Of a stretch of DNA of 32,102 nucleotides, positions 10,159 to 17,456 are shown piece by piece. The position numbers and the translations under genes were made by a program. The notes under the pieces were generated by a model. The model saw nothing but the letters and a program-made list of their open reading frames with translations, did not search any database and had not been told where the DNA came from. Source of the stretch: a virus (taxonomy: Duplodnaviria; Caudoviricetes); IMG/VR virus record IMGVR_UViG_3300048578_000396, positions 1 through 32,102 of that record. One strand, 5' to 3'. Every line of letters starts with the position of its first letter. Position 1 is the first letter of the stretch.

Positions 10159-10397
10159 TAGTCCTCCTCCTTCCTGTTTCTCTTTGATCTTGAACCTGCC
10201 TCGACTTCGTCAGCTGTTGGGGCTGACGTGGATCCTGAGATCTGGGCAGGATGAGAATCCTCGGGTTCTTCCCTGACTTCGAGCCCTAGAGCACGGCTCG
10301 AGAAGGTCGTCGCAACGAGTCTTTTCCCCGTGGTGGTCTTCTCGAACTCGCTCTTTGCCACGAGGTCCGGGGCATGTAAAAGCCTTTCACTTATCAT
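10158..10397 (-). CDS. Hypothetical protein (79 aa)
   Basis: AAGGAG RBS; stop overlaps the tail tube start (TAATG). Confidence 0.6.
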   Translation of the reverse strand: MISERLLHAPDLVAKSEFEKTTTGKRLVATTFSSRALGLEVREEPEDSHPAQISGSTSAPTADEVEAGSRSKRNRKEED

Positions 10398-10409
10398 TCG
10401 ATCGCTCCT

Positions 10410-10835
10410 TTATGCCGGGATGAAGACGCTCACGTAGTGGAGGTCATCGAGCCAGGCGACGGTCTCCTTGTCGGGGTCCTGAAGGATCCCGTCATCGTCG
10501 TTGGATTTCGAGATGACCCTCGTGTTCGCGATAGCGGCTCCTTGCGCGTCCTCAAGTCGTTCGCAGGCGACGAGGTAGACCGCGAGCTTTTCACAGGCTT
10601 CGAGAGCAAGCTTGAGGCCGGTCTCGCTTTCGACGTTTCCATCGAGGGATGCGAAGAGTCGGACCTCGCGCTCGCCCTGGGCGGCTCGCGGGGCTTTCGT
10701 GGAGACGACCTTCCGCACCGCGAGCTTCACGTGGGGACCGGGCTCCTTGATGGGGCTCGGCATGAGGACGACCTTGAGACCCGTCGCCCGCCGCACCTGC
10801 GCCTCGAAGAGCTTCACCGACTCATACGCGTTCAT
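10410..10835 (-). CDS. Putative tail terminator/completion protein (141 aa)
   Basis: Position between the virion morphogenesis and tail tube genes; ATGA overlap with the upstream gene. Confidence 0.55.
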   Translation of the reverse strand: MNAYESVKLFEAQVRRATGLKVVLMPSPIKEPGPHVKLAVRKVVSTKAPRAAQGEREVRLFASLDGNVESETGLKLALEACEKLAVYLVACERLEDAQGAAIANTRVISKSNDDDGILQDPDKETVAWLDDLHYVSVFIPA

Positions 10836-11401
10836 CCGAAAACCCTCCGCGCGACCATGCGCTCGAGAACCGCCCGGCCCTGGTCTCCCAGCGTCAGGAA
10901 GGGGCGGGCGGGAACCGTCACGCTCCTCCTCAGGAGGAAGAGGGCGTGGGGCTTCCCGGTCTTGCCCTTGCGGGCCATGATCACAGACTTCGCGACCCAG
11001 ACCTGGTAGCCCGCGGCCTCCATGCCTTCGATACAGGAGCGGGGCGTGAGGCCGTACTGGCGCATGAAGGCCCTCGTCTCGCGGCCGGCAGGGATGGCAA
11101 GGAACTTTGTTTTTTTAGCCCGCACTTCACCGCCATAATGGAGGAGCCTGGCCGCCACATGGGTCGTTCCGACTACGGCCCGGTCGCCTTCCACGTGGTG
11201 AGCGATCGAACCCATGAGTGCCCCGGAATCCTGGAGTGGTTTCGAGTTCCCCTTCACGTTCTGCGTGAGGGGAGCGTTGGCCGTCCAGGCACCGGTCTTG
11301 ATGTTCTTGACGACGAGACCTTCCGCGGTCGATCCAAGAAGGTCGAGGAGCTCGGGGTCCGCCATGCGGCGGCCGAGGGCGTCAAGCGTTTCAACGATCA
11401 T
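10832..11401 (-). CDS. Phage virion morphogenesis protein (Mu gpG-like, 189 aa)
   Basis: Motifs 'KPLQDSGALMGSI', 'VGTTHVAARLLHYGG', 'VPARPFL' characteristic of this family. Confidence 0.85.
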   Translation of the reverse strand: MIVETLDALGRRMADPELLDLLGSTAEGLVVKNIKTGAWTANAPLTQNVKGNSKPLQDSGALMGSIAHHVEGDRAVVGTTHVAARLLHYGGEVRAKKTKFLAIPAGRETRAFMRQYGLTPRSCIEGMEAAGYQVWVAKSVIMARKGKTGKPHALFLLRRSVTVPARPFLTLGDQGRAVLERMVARRVFG

Positions 11402-11853
11402 GGGAATGGCCTCCTTAGCGCCCGTTTCACGGCTCCCGCCGGGATCTTCGCTTCCTGACTCGAGCCAGCTTCGGGATAGTCGCCGAAGGCCGCGACGATG
11501 AGATCCTTTGCCTTGATGCGGTACTCGCGGCCGGCCTCTTCATGCCCAAGCTTCATGTGGAGCTCGTAGATGGCCATGTCGAGGACGATCTCACGCATTA
11601 CCGTGTCGTCGAGGTCGAGGGCTCTGCCGAGCCTGGCCGCTATCGTGCCAATGTGGATCGTGGCGCGCTCGGCGGCCCGGACGACGGAGGCCTCATCTCC
11701 ATCGGCGAGCTGGGCGTAGAGGGCGGGTGAGAGGCGCTCGGCGACCTCGGCCGCGGTGATGGGGCTTCCCTTCGAGGTGTAGGCGATCGAGAGCTGTTCC
11801 GTGACCGTTGCCGGCGACGGCCCGAGGAGGTCGTCGAAATCTGTTATGCGCAT
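11398..11853 (-). CDS. Head-tail connector (Mu gp36/DUF1320-like, 151 aa)
   Basis: 'REIVLDMAIYELH' motif, size and position after the capsid genes. Confidence 0.7.
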   Translation of the reverse strand: MRITDFDDLLGPSPATVTEQLSIAYTSKGSPITAAEVAERLSPALYAQLADGDEASVVRAAERATIHIGTIAARLGRALDLDDTVMREIVLDMAIYELHMKLGHEEAGREYRIKAKDLIVAAFGDYPEAGSSQEAKIPAGAVKRALRRPFP

Positions 11854-11873
11854 TCTGCCCGTCCTCTACCCGA

Positions 11874-12311
11874 TCAGGGGGCCGGGGCGCTCGCGGCCGC
11901 GCTGCCCGACTCTGTTGCCGAGGCAGCCTTCTTGTCGCCCTCGTGTGCCGCCTCCTTGAGATTGAGGGTTATCGTGGGCTTCATGAGAAAGGTCCGGATG
12001 AAGGAGTAAAGCTCGAGGAGGAAAATCATCACGAGGACGAGGAGTATCCCTTGTATGGTATGTCTGGACTTCTCGACGGAAGTGGCGGTCTGGCTCATGG
12101 CGTTGACCATGGTCGTGATAGTGCCTCCCGAGTCGGGAAGGGATACGAAGATGTCGCCCTCGACCAGGGCGAAGGAGCTCGGGACCGAGGCGACGGCGGT
12201 GGGCTTGGCCATGCCGGGACTCGAGGCAGGGGCCGCGGAGATGGGCGAGACGATGAAGGCGAGAAACATGACCGCGAGTGCCATGATGGTGAAAAGCATG
12301 TGCTTCTTCAT
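11874..12311 (-). CDS. Hypothetical exported/membrane protein (145 aa)
   Basis: AAGGAG RBS; N-terminal signal peptide (MKKHMLFTIMALAVMFLAFIVSPISA) plus a second hydrophobic helix (ILLVLVMIFLLELYSFI). Confidence 0.7.
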   Translation of the reverse strand: MKKHMLFTIMALAVMFLAFIVSPISAAPASSPGMAKPTAVASVPSSFALVEGDIFVSLPDSGGTITTMVNAMSQTATSVEKSRHTIQGILLVLVMIFLLELYSFIRTFLMKPTITLNLKEAAHEGDKKAASATESGSAAASAPAP

Positions 12312-12341
12312 GATGTTGGACTCCTTTCTTGAAGAGCTTTT

Positions 12342-12372
12342 AAAACCCCTCGCGGCAAGACCCCGCGAGGGG
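12342..12372 (-). terminator. Intrinsic terminator after the major capsid gene
   Basis: CCCCTCGCGG-ggtcttg-CCGCGAGGGG followed by TTTT on the minus strand, ~30 nt after the capsid stop. Confidence 0.85.
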
Positions 12373-12404
12373 CGAGAAACCTTTGGCCTCTATGAGGCAT
12401 TGGT

Positions 12405-13388
12405 TCAGGACAGGACCTGGGCCTTGACGATGCCGTTGATGTTGACGACGGGGAGGGGCTTGGACTCACCGATGACCTTGACTCCCGAGGGATCCTTGAG
12501 CGTCTCGTAGGAGGCGAAGAAGGGCATCGCCTGGAGGCCCGCGTCGAGGGAGTCGAGAGCCGCGTAGATCATCTTGTGACCGGCCTGCTTGTCGACGACG
12601 AGGATGTTCTTCGCCGGCACGACGGGCACGAGCGCCCCGGTGTCGAGGTTCTTGTAGGTGGCGCCGAAGAGCCTCACCTTGAACCCGCCTCCGACCGAGA
12701 TGCCATCGGACATGGCCGAGATCACGGAGGCGTTGGGGTTCGCTCCCGCGATATCGCAGAGGGCCGCGTAGACGTCGGCTCCGGCGAGGATCTCGTTGTC
12801 GTTGCCATCGCAGGTTTGCTTGAGAGCCTCGATGATGGCGGCGAGGCCCTTGATCACATCGGATGCCTTGACCCCGGCAGCGTCGAACTTTTTCGTGACG
12901 GCGGCGGAGGCGTCGCCGATGGTCCCGTACTCGACCTCGTAGGGGACATTGACGCCCCCGTCGGCGCGCATGAAATAGTTGATCTTGCCCGTGAGGGCCT
13001 GGACAGCGAGAGCCTCGGCCGTGGCGCGACAGGCGCGGCGGAGGCGGTCGAGGAGGTTGGTGATCTCGGCCTGGATGCTGGACTGGTTCATCATCGTGAG
13101 GTTGTTGAGATCGGCCCCGGACAGGAAGTCGGAAGGGTTGACCGGCTGGGGTTCGATCATGCCGATGGAGGCGTTGTTTCCCGCGAGGGGGTAGGACATC
13201 GAGCCCCGGCGCACCACGGGGATGTTCCCTACCGGCAGTCCGAGATCCTTGGTCCCGACGACGGGGCGGGGGACGGTCTTCACGTCACCGAAGAAGAGAT
13301 CCATGACCGGGGTCCTGAGCGAGGGCAGCGAGGCGAGGCTGTTGACGATGGCCTCGGGGGTGAAGTACTTGCGAAGGTCAATGTTCAT
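12405..13388 (-). CDS. Major capsid protein (lambda gpE-like family, 327 aa)
   Basis: Follows protease and decoration genes; motifs 'PVVRRGS' and 'DPSGVKVIGESKPLPV' typical of the capsid E family. Confidence 0.88.
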   Translation of the reverse strand: MNIDLRKYFTPEAIVNSLASLPSLRTPVMDLFFGDVKTVPRPVVGTKDLGLPVGNIPVVRRGSMSYPLAGNNASIGMIEPQPVNPSDFLSGADLNNLTMMNQSSIQAEITNLLDRLRRACRATAEALAVQALTGKINYFMRADGGVNVPYEVEYGTIGDASAAVTKKFDAAGVKASDVIKGLAAIIEALKQTCDGNDNEILAGADVYAALCDIAGANPNASVISAMSDGISVGGGFKVRLFGATYKNLDTGALVPVVPAKNILVVDKQAGHKMIYAALDSLDAGLQAMPFFASYETLKDPSGVKVIGESKPLPVVNINGIVKAQVLS

Positions 13389-13397
13389 GATGGCTCC

Positions 13398-13748
13398 TTA
13401 CACGGTGTAGATGCCGATGGCCACGAGGGCCTCGATGTCATCCGCGGAAGACGCGGAGGATCCGGTCTTCAAGGCTTCCTTGCGGACCGTTCCGTGGCGA
13501 ATCACCGTAGCGCCGGTGTCGTCCGCCGTGTTGATCTCCTGGGTGACGACGCCCTTGAGGACGTTGAGCGGCGCGGCGCCGGCCGGGTTGTAGGCCACGA
13601 GCTTGCCGTTCGCATCCTTGGCAACGAGGAGACCCTCGGGGAGGATGCCGTTCGCGGCCTTGGCCTCCATGGTGACGATGATGGGCGAATGGCCTCCGAC
13701 CACGACGCGCGAGACGCTGGGGACGATGTTCCCGATGTTGGCTTTCAT
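13398..13748 (-). CDS. Head decoration protein (lambda gpD-like, 116 aa)
   Basis: Size; position between protease and capsid; 'GKLVAYNP...KGVV...VIRHGTV...LVAIGIY' pattern. Confidence 0.8.
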   Translation of the reverse strand: MKANIGNIVPSVSRVVVGGHSPIIVTMEAKAANGILPEGLLVAKDANGKLVAYNPAGAAPLNVLKGVVTQEINTADDTGATVIRHGTVRKEALKTGSSASSADDIEALVAIGIYTV

Positions 13749-13757
13749 GCGGCCCTC

Positions 13758-14111
13758 CTAGAACTTGCCTGCGATCTTCGAGAGGTCGAGGGGCTTGCCC
13801 TCGGGGCTCTCTCCGGGGTCGCCGAGATCCACGCGGCCCTCGGCCACGGGCTTCGGGATGGACTCGACCACGCGGCGCAGGACCTCGAGGCTCGAGACCT
13901 TCGTTTTCTTGGTCGGGTCGGCATCGTCAGCGAGCTCGATGCACTCCGAGTCGCCGAGGCGGTCGGCGAGCTCGAGGACGAGCCCCTGCCTGGCCTTGGG
14001 GATCCTCCCCTCCATGGCGGTCTTGATGCCCTCCTTGGCGGAGGCCAGCACCGTCGCCTTCGAGTCCGCGAGCTCCTGCTTGAGGTGCTCGTTCTCCTCT
14101 TTCAATTCCAC
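13758..14111 (-). CDS. Putative internally initiated scaffold protein (Z-like, 117 aa)
   Basis: In-frame GTG at 14111 preceded by GAGGAGGAAGAC, at the start of the coiled-coil region. Confidence 0.55.
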   Translation of the reverse strand: MELKEENEHLKQELADSKATVLASAKEGIKTAMEGRIPKARQGLVLELADRLGDSECIELADDADPTKKTKVSSLEVLRRVVESIPKPVAEGRVDLGDPGESPEGKPLDLSKIAGKF

Positions 14112-14804
14112 GTCTTCCTCCTCGCCGGCCGGGCCGGCAGTTTGCGCGATCTGGTCCGCGAAGGCCTGTACGGGCTCCCGAAGGGCGTCGGGGATCTTCG
14201 CCCCATTTACCAGCATCTCGGTGGCGATGGACGTGAGTTCGGCGAGCGCCTTGGTCACGTCCTCGAAGGCCCACCCCGCCCGTCCCTTGTCCGCGATCCG
14301 CCGCAGGGCATCGGCGACGTCCTGCGGAGTATCAGGGGGGGAGGAGGGCTGTGGGGGGAGAACGGGAGCAAGGGGCGCCTCGGAGAACTCCACGACGCCC
14401 TCGTCGTCCCCACAGTAGAAGGCGCCAAGATCCGCGAAGACCTTGAGGTCGCGGATCTTGGGCGGCACCGCCCCGAGGTAAGCCAGATGATGGAGGTAGC
14501 GCTTCCCGTCGACTTTCCGGGTATTGATACCGACCGAAACGTCCTCGTAGAACTTCTCGTCGACCGCGTCGGCAAGGAGGTCGTGGAGTTCCACGTCGCC
14601 GGACAGGCTCTCGCCATCGCTCGTGAGGGCGACCTTCGAGACGTTTCCGAACTTGGGAAGATAATCGGCGAGCTTGTGCCCGAGGCTGACCGGGCACTTG
14701 CCATCGAAAGTCTCCGCGCAATCCGCGAGATCCTGCTTCGTGATCTTCGTCCCGTCGGAACCGAACATGCCGACATGAGCCAATTCGCGCTTGATGGTCT
14801 TCAT
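13758..14804 (-). CDS. Prohead protease/scaffold (Mu gpI/Z-like, 348 aa)
   Basis: 'PVSLGH', 'YEDVSVGI', 'YLHHLAYLGAVPPKIRDL' protease motifs; C-terminal coiled-coil scaffold region. Confidence 0.88.
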   Translation of the reverse strand: MKTIKRELAHVGMFGSDGTKITKQDLADCAETFDGKCPVSLGHKLADYLPKFGNVSKVALTSDGESLSGDVELHDLLADAVDEKFYEDVSVGINTRKVDGKRYLHHLAYLGAVPPKIRDLKVFADLGAFYCGDDEGVVEFSEAPLAPVLPPQPSSPPDTPQDVADALRRIADKGRAGWAFEDVTKALAELTSIATEMLVNGAKIPDALREPVQAFADQIAQTAGPAGEEEDVELKEENEHLKQELADSKATVLASAKEGIKTAMEGRIPKARQGLVLELADRLGDSECIELADDADPTKKTKVSSLEVLRRVVESIPKPVAEGRVDLGDPGESPEGKPLDLSKIAGKF

Positions 14805-14810
14805 GCCACC

Positions 14811-14853
14811 AGACTACGCCAGGAGAAGAGGCGAACGCTCAAATGTGGGGGAG
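14811..14853 (-). promoter_or_regulatory. Putative activator-dependent late promoter (P-I like), leaderless
   Basis: CTCCCCCACATTTGAGCG motif (14853-14836), 19 nt, -10 TAGTCT (14816-14811), 6 nt, ATG; no SD. Confidence 0.7.
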
Positions 14854-14856
14854 CCG

Positions 14857-15627
14857 CTATGCCGCCCGCGGCTTGCCAGATTGAGCAAGAGCAGCTCGCT
14901 CGCTTGAACAAGCAGCGAAAAGAGGATCCTTCTCAATTCCTATGAATCGACGGCCCGTCGCGATGCACGCAAGGGCCGTCGTTCCCGCGCCGATGCAGTT
15001 GTCAAGGACGAGAGCTTCAGGATCGGTATAAGTCCTAATCAGGTACTCGAAGAGCGCCTGCGGCTTTTGGGTCGGATGAAAGAGACGCCGGTGTCCCCCG
15101 CCATTGGTTTCGCGCGAGAACTCGAGAATGCTTGTTGGATAGCGGCGCCCCGGATTATCGATGGGGACAATTGGTGTCGCCTTGTAAACGCCCGGTTTTT
15201 TCATTCCCCGACTTTTCGATTTATATGGGCGCCCATCCGCGAATTGAGGATGGTAGACGGGGAGGTGTTTATAGAACACAAGAATGGATTCATGACGGCG
15301 GAGGGGCATGCGATTTGCATTGAGGAAGCCGACAGGGGCCGACTTATCCCAGACGAGGTCATAGCGGAACCAGGACCGGCAGGCATTTACGAGATCAGTC
15401 GCGAACGGCTGTGTTGCCGTCAGAATAATAGCTCCGTGGGGCTTGGTGAGTCGCTTGTACTCCGCGAAGAGCCTTTCGAGAGGAAGCCGCTTGTCCCAAG
15501 TGCAATCGGTCACCCCATAGGGAAGATCGCAGAGGACGAGGTCAATACTGGCTGATTCGAGGTGCGGCATGACTTCAAGGCAGTCACCAAGGATGATGGA
15601 ATTGATATGCGCGTTCTGCTCTTTCAT
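14857..15627 (-). CDS. Orphan DNA amino-methyltransferase (N6-A/N4-C, beta class, 256 aa)
   Basis: N-terminal 'GDCLE...DLVLCDLPYG' catalytic motif; 'HPTQKP'; C-terminal SAM-binding 'VLDNCIGAGTT...FIGIE'. Confidence 0.93.
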   Translation of the reverse strand: MKEQNAHINSIILGDCLEVMPHLESASIDLVLCDLPYGVTDCTWDKRLPLERLFAEYKRLTKPHGAIILTATQPFATDLVNACRSWFRYDLVWDKSAPVGFLNANRMPLRRHESILVFYKHLPVYHPQFADGRPYKSKSRGMKKPGVYKATPIVPIDNPGRRYPTSILEFSRETNGGGHRRLFHPTQKPQALFEYLIRTYTDPEALVLDNCIGAGTTALACIATGRRFIGIEKDPLFAACSSERAALAQSGKPRAA

Positions 15628-15633
15628 GCGAGA

Positions 15634-15678
15634 AGCCTAGCTCTGGGCGGGGGGATGCAGGCTCAAGAGCTGGAGGGA
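15634..15678 (-). promoter_or_regulatory. Putative late promoter of the methyltransferase, leaderless
   Basis: Degenerate motif TCCCTCCAGCTCTTGAGC, then -10 TAGGCT (15639-15634), 6 nt, ATG; same geometry as the promoter at 14811. Confidence 0.5.
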
Positions 15679-15870
15679 TGGAAAGCCCAGAATCGGAAAA
15701 TGGCAAATCGGGCCGCCAAGGCCTCCAAGATCGCATAGGGGTAAAGAGTGGTGATTTCAGCAGGATCGCGCCTTTAAAATGGCTTTAGAACGGCTTCCAA
15801 GGGGTATTGAATGGCATACGTGGGCAACCGGTGCCCGAAAACACTTCCAATGGGAGCTTTTTGGGGATTC

Positions 15871-15899
15871 TTGACGCCTGAGGACCCTCGGACTATATT
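15871..15899 (+). promoter_or_regulatory. Sigma70-type promoter, antisense to the late operon
   Basis: TTGACG (15871-15876), 17-bp spacer, TATATT (15894-15899). Confidence 0.75.
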
Positions 15900-15904
15900 C
15901 AGAG

Positions 15905-15985
15905 TAGCCCTCGGGGGCGAAGCCGAAGGAGCAGACTCCAGCATTGGTTGGGCTGGAAAGCCGATACTCCCTCGGCTTTATTTTT
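15905..15985 (+). ncRNA. Putative ~80-nt structured small RNA convergent with the MuF 3' end
   Basis: Downstream of the sigma70 promoter; hairpins GCCC-tcgg-GGGC and TCCAGC/GCTGGA; ends in AAAGCCGA-tactccc-TCGGCTTT-ATTTTT terminator overlapping the MuF stop codon. Confidence 0.6.
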
Positions 15986-17456
15986 GTTCCCAGGGCATGA
16001 GATCGTAGAAGATCAGGGTTCCGTCCTTCTTCCGTTTCAGAATCACCGCGAACAGGTTGCGCCCTCCGTTCACTTCTATCGTCGCTTTCCCTCTGAGTAT
16101 TTCCGTATAGCCCGGATTCCCATGCCCTTCCGCTTCGACCGTGAAATCGACAGCGTTCTGAATGATATCCGGAATGCGATCGAGGATGGCGAGTTTGGCC
16201 GGATCGCCCGCAAATGAAACGGCATGGTCGATGCCTGTCTTGCTGAGCACGATCGATTCACCAAGCGCGGCATTGATGAAGGGCTGGTTGCGCAACGCGC
16301 CCAAGGTCTCCTTGGCAGCCTTCCTGAGCGCGGCGCGCCCCTCGCTTCCCGCCGGGATCGTTTTTTCTACCGCCGTAATGCCGGCTTTATTCGCGACTTG
16401 CGAGAGAGTGACGGCATCGTAGCGGAGGCCGAGCGTCTTTCCGAACTCCTTGATGTTGTCGATAACGCCGGCCTCTTCAGCTCGGGCGATCATCCCTGGC
16501 GTGAGCTTGTAGAAACTGCCCGTCTCAATGGGATTCGAGCCGAAGCCCTTGGCCGCCGGATCGCGCGTAATCATGGAGTCGGGCGTCGGCGTCCAGGTAG
16601 GATCGGCCTCACGGAGGAGGTCTATCTCCTCTTGATAGACGGCTCGCACGGTTGATCGGCAGTCGAAATGTAGAGGTGGCCAGTTCGATCTCCACCATGG
16701 ATCGGAGGCAGGCCTGATAACTCCCGATCTTGCGTTGCAGATATCCGTCTGCCGTTTGTCCTCGATGCCGACGAACTCGAGGTACTCAGGCTGCGTCCGC
16801 GTGAACTCTGCAGCACGGCCCGCGTTGTAACAGGTCTGGGAGTTCGTGCGGTAGACGGTCTCCCAGTACCAGGGCGAGGAGCCAAGGCCCGCGGCGTCCA
16901 GGGCCTTGGCCTCGGTCCAGAACTCTGAGAGAGGCGTGCCGTTCTCGACCGCCTTAATAGACATCTGCCTGACCTTCTCGATGTTGTCATGCGTCGAGAG
17001 GACGGCTACCGTGAAGGCACGGAAGCGGAGTTCTGGCTCGAGGGTAGCCCATTCGGCCCGTGTGAGTGGAACGCGTGCTTTCGCGAACTTCAGTGCCTCG
17101 TCGAAAGAAAGAGCAGGGACTTCCGAATCGGTATCGGCAAGCTCAAGTCGTGAACCAGCATGATCGCGTCCGAGAAGGTAGGACGCCAGGAGTAGCTTCT
17201 CAGTCTCCCGGACCAGCTCTTCGTTCACGCCAGGGACGGCGGGATCCTCGAAGGCGCCGGGGGTGAGGGCGCCATGAGCATCGACCTTGCTACGCCACGC
17301 CTTGACCTGATCGCCGAGAAGCGAGGTTATCTGTTTTTGCGCTGATGTCGCGAGGGAGTCGAGCTCGCGGGCCTTGGCAAGTTCGTCGCGGTCTATCGCA
17401 GCCCGTAGCTCCTTGAGAGCTACACGAGCCTCAGCGGGGGTCTTGCTTTGGGAAGC
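15978..17456 (-). CDS. MuF/SPP1 gp7-like minor head protein with C-terminal LPD3-like (putative RNase-fold) extension; frame open from 17456, ORF-track GTG at 17228
   Basis: MuF motifs 'ETVYRTNSQTCYNAGR', 'EDKRQTDIC', 'WPPLHFDCRSTV'; ~110-aa tail 'FINAALGESIVLSKTGIDHA...IPDIIQNA...VILKRKKDGTLIFYDL'. Confidence 0.85.
   Translation of the reverse strand, partial: ASQSKTPAEARVALKELRAAIDRDELAKARELDSLATSAQKQITSLLGDQVKAWRSKVDAHGALTPGAFEDPAVPGVNEELVRETEKLLLASYLLGRDHAGSRLELADTDSEVPALSFDEALKFAKARVPLTRAEWATLEPELRFRAFTVAVLSTHDNIEKVRQMSIKAVENGTPLSEFWTEAKALDAAGLGSSPWYWETVYRTNSQTCYNAGRAAEFTRTQPEYLEFVGIEDKRQTDICNARSGVIRPASDPWWRSNWPPLHFDCRSTVRAVYQEEIDLLREADPTWTPTPDSMITRDPAAKGFGSNPIETGSFYKLTPGMIARAEEAGVIDNIKEFGKTLGLRYDAVTLSQVANKAGITAVEKTIPAGSEGRAALRKAAKETLGALRNQPFINAALGESIVLSKTGIDHAVSFAGDPAKLAILDRIPDIIQNAVDFTVEAEGHGNPGYTEILRGKATIEVNGGRNLFAVILKRKKDGTLIFYDLMPWEQK

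Noticed and set aside
12576-14945. 789-aa + strand ORF (also 18694-20673, 5379-6785, 7587-8678)
   Set aside because: Antisense shadows of well-supported genes, expected with high GC3; no RBS or recognisable motifs
15811-16217. Small + strand ORFs (65 and 89 aa) as possible immunity proteins
   Set aside because: The first starts upstream of the promoter; both cross the terminator and overlap MuF antisense; neither looks protein-like
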